A stretch of 64,000 bases of DNA. Source: Spirochaetia bacterium. GTDB lineage: Bacteria; Spirochaetota; Spirochaetia; UBA9216. The stretch spans positions 448,001 to 512,000 of the forward strand of contig OZ223272.1 of the NCBI GenBank assembly GCA_965140585.1, in the 5' to 3' direction. This document shows positions 61,079 to 64,000 of this stretch, piece by piece. The notes under the pieces are model-generated. The model was not told where the DNA came from, did not search any database, and saw only the letters and a program-made list of their open reading frames with translations. Both the position numbers and the translations under genes were made by a program. Within the stretch, counting starts at the first letter, position 1, and each line of letters begins with the position of its first letter.

Positions 61079-61342
61079 TTATTTATTGTCCGGGGTAGTA
61101 GCCTTATCAAAGGCGCGGAGGATGGTCATTGCCTCTTCATTGCTTGAGCCGCAGAACTCCGGTGTCGGGGTGAAGTTGCGGCAGGCTGAGGGGTAATCGG
61201 GGCTGTTCCAGATTGTACAGAGTCCGTGCTCATCAAGATTGACGCAGCGGACGCCACCGGGTTTACCTTCGGGCATTCCTGGTATTGCCTGGGAAATTGA
61301 AGCTTCAATACAGCATGCGGCACAGCCTTTGCGGCATTCCAT
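61079..61342 (-). CDS. YkgJ family cysteine-cluster protein
   Basis: CRKGCAACC, GKPGGVRC. Confidence 0.88.
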   Translation of the reverse strand: MECRKGCAACCIEASISQAIPGMPEGKPGGVRCVNLDEHGLCTIWNSPDYPSACRNFTPTPEFCGSSNEEAMTILRAFDKATTPDNK

Positions 61343-61410
61343 TTTATCCTCCGATGCCGCGATTATCTCATCTTTTTTCTATAAATACTACTTGATACAA
61401 ACCGATAATA

Positions 61411-61448
61411 GGCGTATATTTATGCACACTTTGGTATATTTATACATT
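61411..61448 (+). promoter_or_regulatory. Tandem ARG boxes
   Basis: Two 18-bp boxes with GTATATTTAT(G/A)CA cores, 20 bp apart, immediately upstream of argR. Confidence 0.7.
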
Positions 61449-61458
61449 GGGGTTGATT

Positions 61459-61920
61459 ATGCAGAAAACACAGCGGTTTGAGGCGGTAAGAAAGATCATT
61501 CGTGAAAAACGGATAGAAAGTCAGGAACAGCTGCTTAACGAGCTGCACCGGAAGGGCTTCGACGTAACCCAGGCTACCCTGTCCAGGGATCTGAAACAGC
61601 TGAAGGTTGCAAAGGTTCCCGACGGAGTATCAGGCTACAAGTATACAATACCCGAGTACCAGAAACCGCAGAGGGAGGCAGGTGCCGCCTCTGTATATAT
61701 AGAAGATTTGCGGAGAGGCTTTGTATCACTTGCCTTTTCTGGCAATATATGTGTAATTTCAACACTTGAAGGTCATGCGAACAGCGTGGCTTCGGCCATC
61801 GATAATATCGAAGTCCCGGGGATACTGGGAACTCTGGCCGGTGACGATACAATCATGGCGGTACTGTCGGAAGGCAGCGATCGCAGGGAAATTGAAGATT
61901 TTTTCAGGGGGATAGAATGA
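61459..61920 (+). CDS. argR: Arginine repressor
   Basis: SQEQL, VTQATLSRDL, GTLAGDDT. Confidence 0.95.
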   Translation: MQKTQRFEAVRKIIREKRIESQEQLLNELHRKGFDVTQATLSRDLKQLKVAKVPDGVSGYKYTIPEYQKPQREAGAASVYIEDLRRGFVSLAFSGNICVISTLEGHANSVASAIDNIEVPGILGTLAGDDTIMAVLSEGSDRREIEDFFRGIE

Positions 61921-62957
61921 AAGCAGCGATACTCGGAGCAACAGGTTATACGGGAATGATCCTGCTGAGGCTTCTTGCTGATCATCCGGATATTACAGAA
62001 ATCATACCGGTCTCATCATCGAGCGCCGGAAAGCATATAAAAGAAATCGACCCGGGCGTATACACTGCCCTTGCTGCAAAGACTGCGGCAACCGGCGGAT
62101 GCACGACAACCGTAGCCGAGGCGGTTAAGGCAGGGCCGGATGTTGTATTTGCAGCGCTTCCGCATCTTGAATCTGCAAAGATATGCGAACCATTCTTCGG
62201 CAAGGCTGTCATCATTGACCTTTCAGCCGACTTCAGGATCAAAAATCATGATACATTTTTCAAGGCATACGGGGTTGCTCCCGAACGTCCGGACCTGCTT
62301 GAGAAGGCAGTATACGGACTGTCTGAAATTTATACCGATGAGATCAAAAAAGCGGACCTGGTTGCAAACCCCGGCTGCTACCCTACATCTGTACTGCTTC
62401 CCACTCTTCCGATTGTTAAGGAGTTCGGACTGAAAGGCAGGGTGATAATCAATTCGCTTTCAGGAGTTTCCGGGGCCGGGAAAAAGGCTGCGGTTAACAA
62501 CCTCTTCGTTGAACGGACCGAAAACTGCGGCGCATATGCTCCCGGAACCTCGCACAGGCACCAGCCCGAGATCAAGCAGGAACTTGACCGCAATGCCGAT
62601 GTGGCCCTGCCGGTTCTTTTTACACCGCACCTTGTTCCGCTGAAACGGGGCATGGAATCAACTATAATTGTAGAACCTGCGAAGCAGCTTTCAGATGCCG
62701 ATATTGCAGCTGTATACGAGAAATACTACGGCGCAAGCCCCTTCGTTGAGGCTGACGGCGGCAGGCTGCCGCAGAGCCGTGATGTCTGGGGTTCAAACTC
62801 ATGCCGAATCAGCTGGAAAGTTGAGGACGGGGTTTTGATGCTTTTCTCGGTTATAGACAACCTCGTGAAGGGCGCATCGGGACAGGCCGTGCAGAACATG
62901 AACATCCGCTTCGGATTAAACGAAACTGCAGGTCTCAAGATCTACGGGGAACTTTAA
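61917..62957 (+). CDS. argC: N-acetyl-gamma-glutamyl-phosphate reductase
   Basis: GATGYTG, ANPGCYPT, DNLVKGASGQAVQ. Confidence 0.96.
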   Translation: MKAAILGATGYTGMILLRLLADHPDITEIIPVSSSSAGKHIKEIDPGVYTALAAKTAATGGCTTTVAEAVKAGPDVVFAALPHLESAKICEPFFGKAVIIDLSADFRIKNHDTFFKAYGVAPERPDLLEKAVYGLSEIYTDEIKKADLVANPGCYPTSVLLPTLPIVKEFGLKGRVIINSLSGVSGAGKKAAVNNLFVERTENCGAYAPGTSHRHQPEIKQELDRNADVALPVLFTPHLVPLKRGMESTIIVEPAKQLSDADIAAVYEKYYGASPFVEADGGRLPQSRDVWGSNSCRISWKVEDGVLMLFSVIDNLVKGASGQAVQNMNIRFGLNETAGLKIYGEL

Positions 62958-63718
62958 TGGAAACAGTACTCATCAAAATAGGCGGAAGGGCGGCTTCTGA
63001 GACAGAGGCGCTTAAGGCTCTGGCATCAGAGATGGCTGAGCTGTCATCAGAATACAGCTTCATACTCGTGCACGGCGGAGGAGCCGAGGTTACAAAGGTG
63101 TCGGAAGTCTTCGGCCTGAAGGCTGTTTTTGAAAACGGAGTAAGAAAAACGACGCCGGAGGAGATGGACATCGTGGACATGGTCCTGGCCGGCAAGATGA
63201 ATAAATACATTGTACGGCTCTTTGCCTCTATCGGGGTGAAAGCTGTAGGAGTCAGCGGCTGCGACGGCGCGGTATTTACCGGTAAATCTGTTGCAGCCGG
63301 ATCCAGAACCGGGGCTGTTACCGGGACCTCACCGGAACTGCTTAAGCTTCTGGTTGATGGCGGCTACATGCCGGTAATGTCGTCGGTTTCGATGGATGAT
63401 GCGGGAACAGCCCTCAATATCAATGCCGATGACGCGGCGCTTGCGGTTGCCTGTTCAATGCCTGCGGACAGGCTAGTGTTCATATCGGACATCCCCGGAA
63501 TACTGAAAGACGGAAAGGTGATTACAAACCTAACCCCGGCGCAGGCGGAGGCCGAGATAGAAGCAGGGGTTATTGCCGGCGGCATGATACCGAAGGTTCG
63601 TTCATCGGCCGGAGCTCTGGCAGAGGGAGTAGGCTCGGTAACTATCGGCGGATACAATGAAAGCGGAGATCTCGCTAAGCTTCTTGAACGCAGCGAGGGA
63701 ACAAACATACACAAATAA
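62957..63718 (+). CDS. argB: Acetylglutamate kinase
   Basis: IKIGG, VHGGG, NINAD, GGMIPKV. Confidence 0.95.
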   Translation: METVLIKIGGRAASETEALKALASEMAELSSEYSFILVHGGGAEVTKVSEVFGLKAVFENGVRKTTPEEMDIVDMVLAGKMNKYIVRLFASIGVKAVGVSGCDGAVFTGKSVAAGSRTGAVTGTSPELLKLLVDGGYMPVMSSVSMDDAGTALNINADDAALAVACSMPADRLVFISDIPGILKDGKVITNLTPAQAEAEIEAGVIAGGMIPKVRSSAGALAEGVGSVTIGGYNESGDLAKLLERSEGTNIHK

Positions 63719-63740
63719 TACTAAGACAGGAATATATATT

Positions 63741-64000
63741 ATGGAACACATGGAAAAATATGAAGTAACGACGGAAGCATACGATGTTCCCTACCCCAAC
63801 AACTATACGGTCCCTTTCCATATCTTTGAACATGGAAAAGGCTGTTATGTATACGACAAGGCAGGGAAGGAATACCTTGATTTCGGAAGCGGGATAGCGG
63901 TAAACGCCCTCGGACACGGCAGGGATGACCTTGCACTTACCGCATATGAGCAGATGAAGAAACTGATTCACGTTTCGAACCTCTACACAACCGAGCCGAC
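63741..64000 (+). CDS. argD: Acetylornithine aminotransferase (partial)
   Basis: GKGCYVYDKAGKEYLDFGSGIAVNALGH...HVSNLY; runs off the window. Confidence 0.88.
   Translation, partial: MEHMEKYEVTTEAYDVPYPNNYTVPFHIFEHGKGCYVYDKAGKEYLDFGSGIAVNALGHGRDDLALTAYEQMKKLIHVSNLYTTEP

Overview
Bacterial chromosomal window, probably from a Spirochaetales genome (inferred from groEL without an adjacent groES, many lipoprotein signal peptides and the protein families present). It is dominated by a ~31 kb integron-like cassette array (about 7.6-39.1 kb). I count 37 attC-like hairpin sites delimiting 37 complete cassettes plus a deleted distal remnant. All cassette genes are on the minus strand, directly downstream of a co-oriented tyrosine recombinase (39080-40153). 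The system looks non-canonical in five ways. (1) The recombinase lacks the IntI-specific insertion and has an extra N-terminal domain. (2) The att hairpins have 4 / 7-8 nt arm spacing instead of the usual 5 / 6. (3) Every cassette has its own ~15-22 bp terminal inverted repeat that pairs, with G-T wobbles, on the + (bottom) strand, and most coding cassettes are flanked by GGA-loop hairpins. (4) The array-proximal site is itself a hairpin overlapping the integrase stop codon. (5) 15 of the 37 cassettes are ORF-less ~400 bp elements of two homologous families (10 A, 5 B) that share a covarying secondary structure. Cargo includes four TA pairs, GNATs, a serine hydrolase, an MBL-fold hydrolase, an HNH nuclease, a DUF5343 + HEPN pair, a triplicated kinase with a variable 13-mer repeat, and an inactivated IS256. 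The flanks are ordinary: LysR/YeiH, pgsA, decayed uxaAB, M32 peptidase, T-box-thrS, a sensor kinase, groEL, birA, mnmA and argRCBD. Family assignments come from motif recognition only; no database searches were run.
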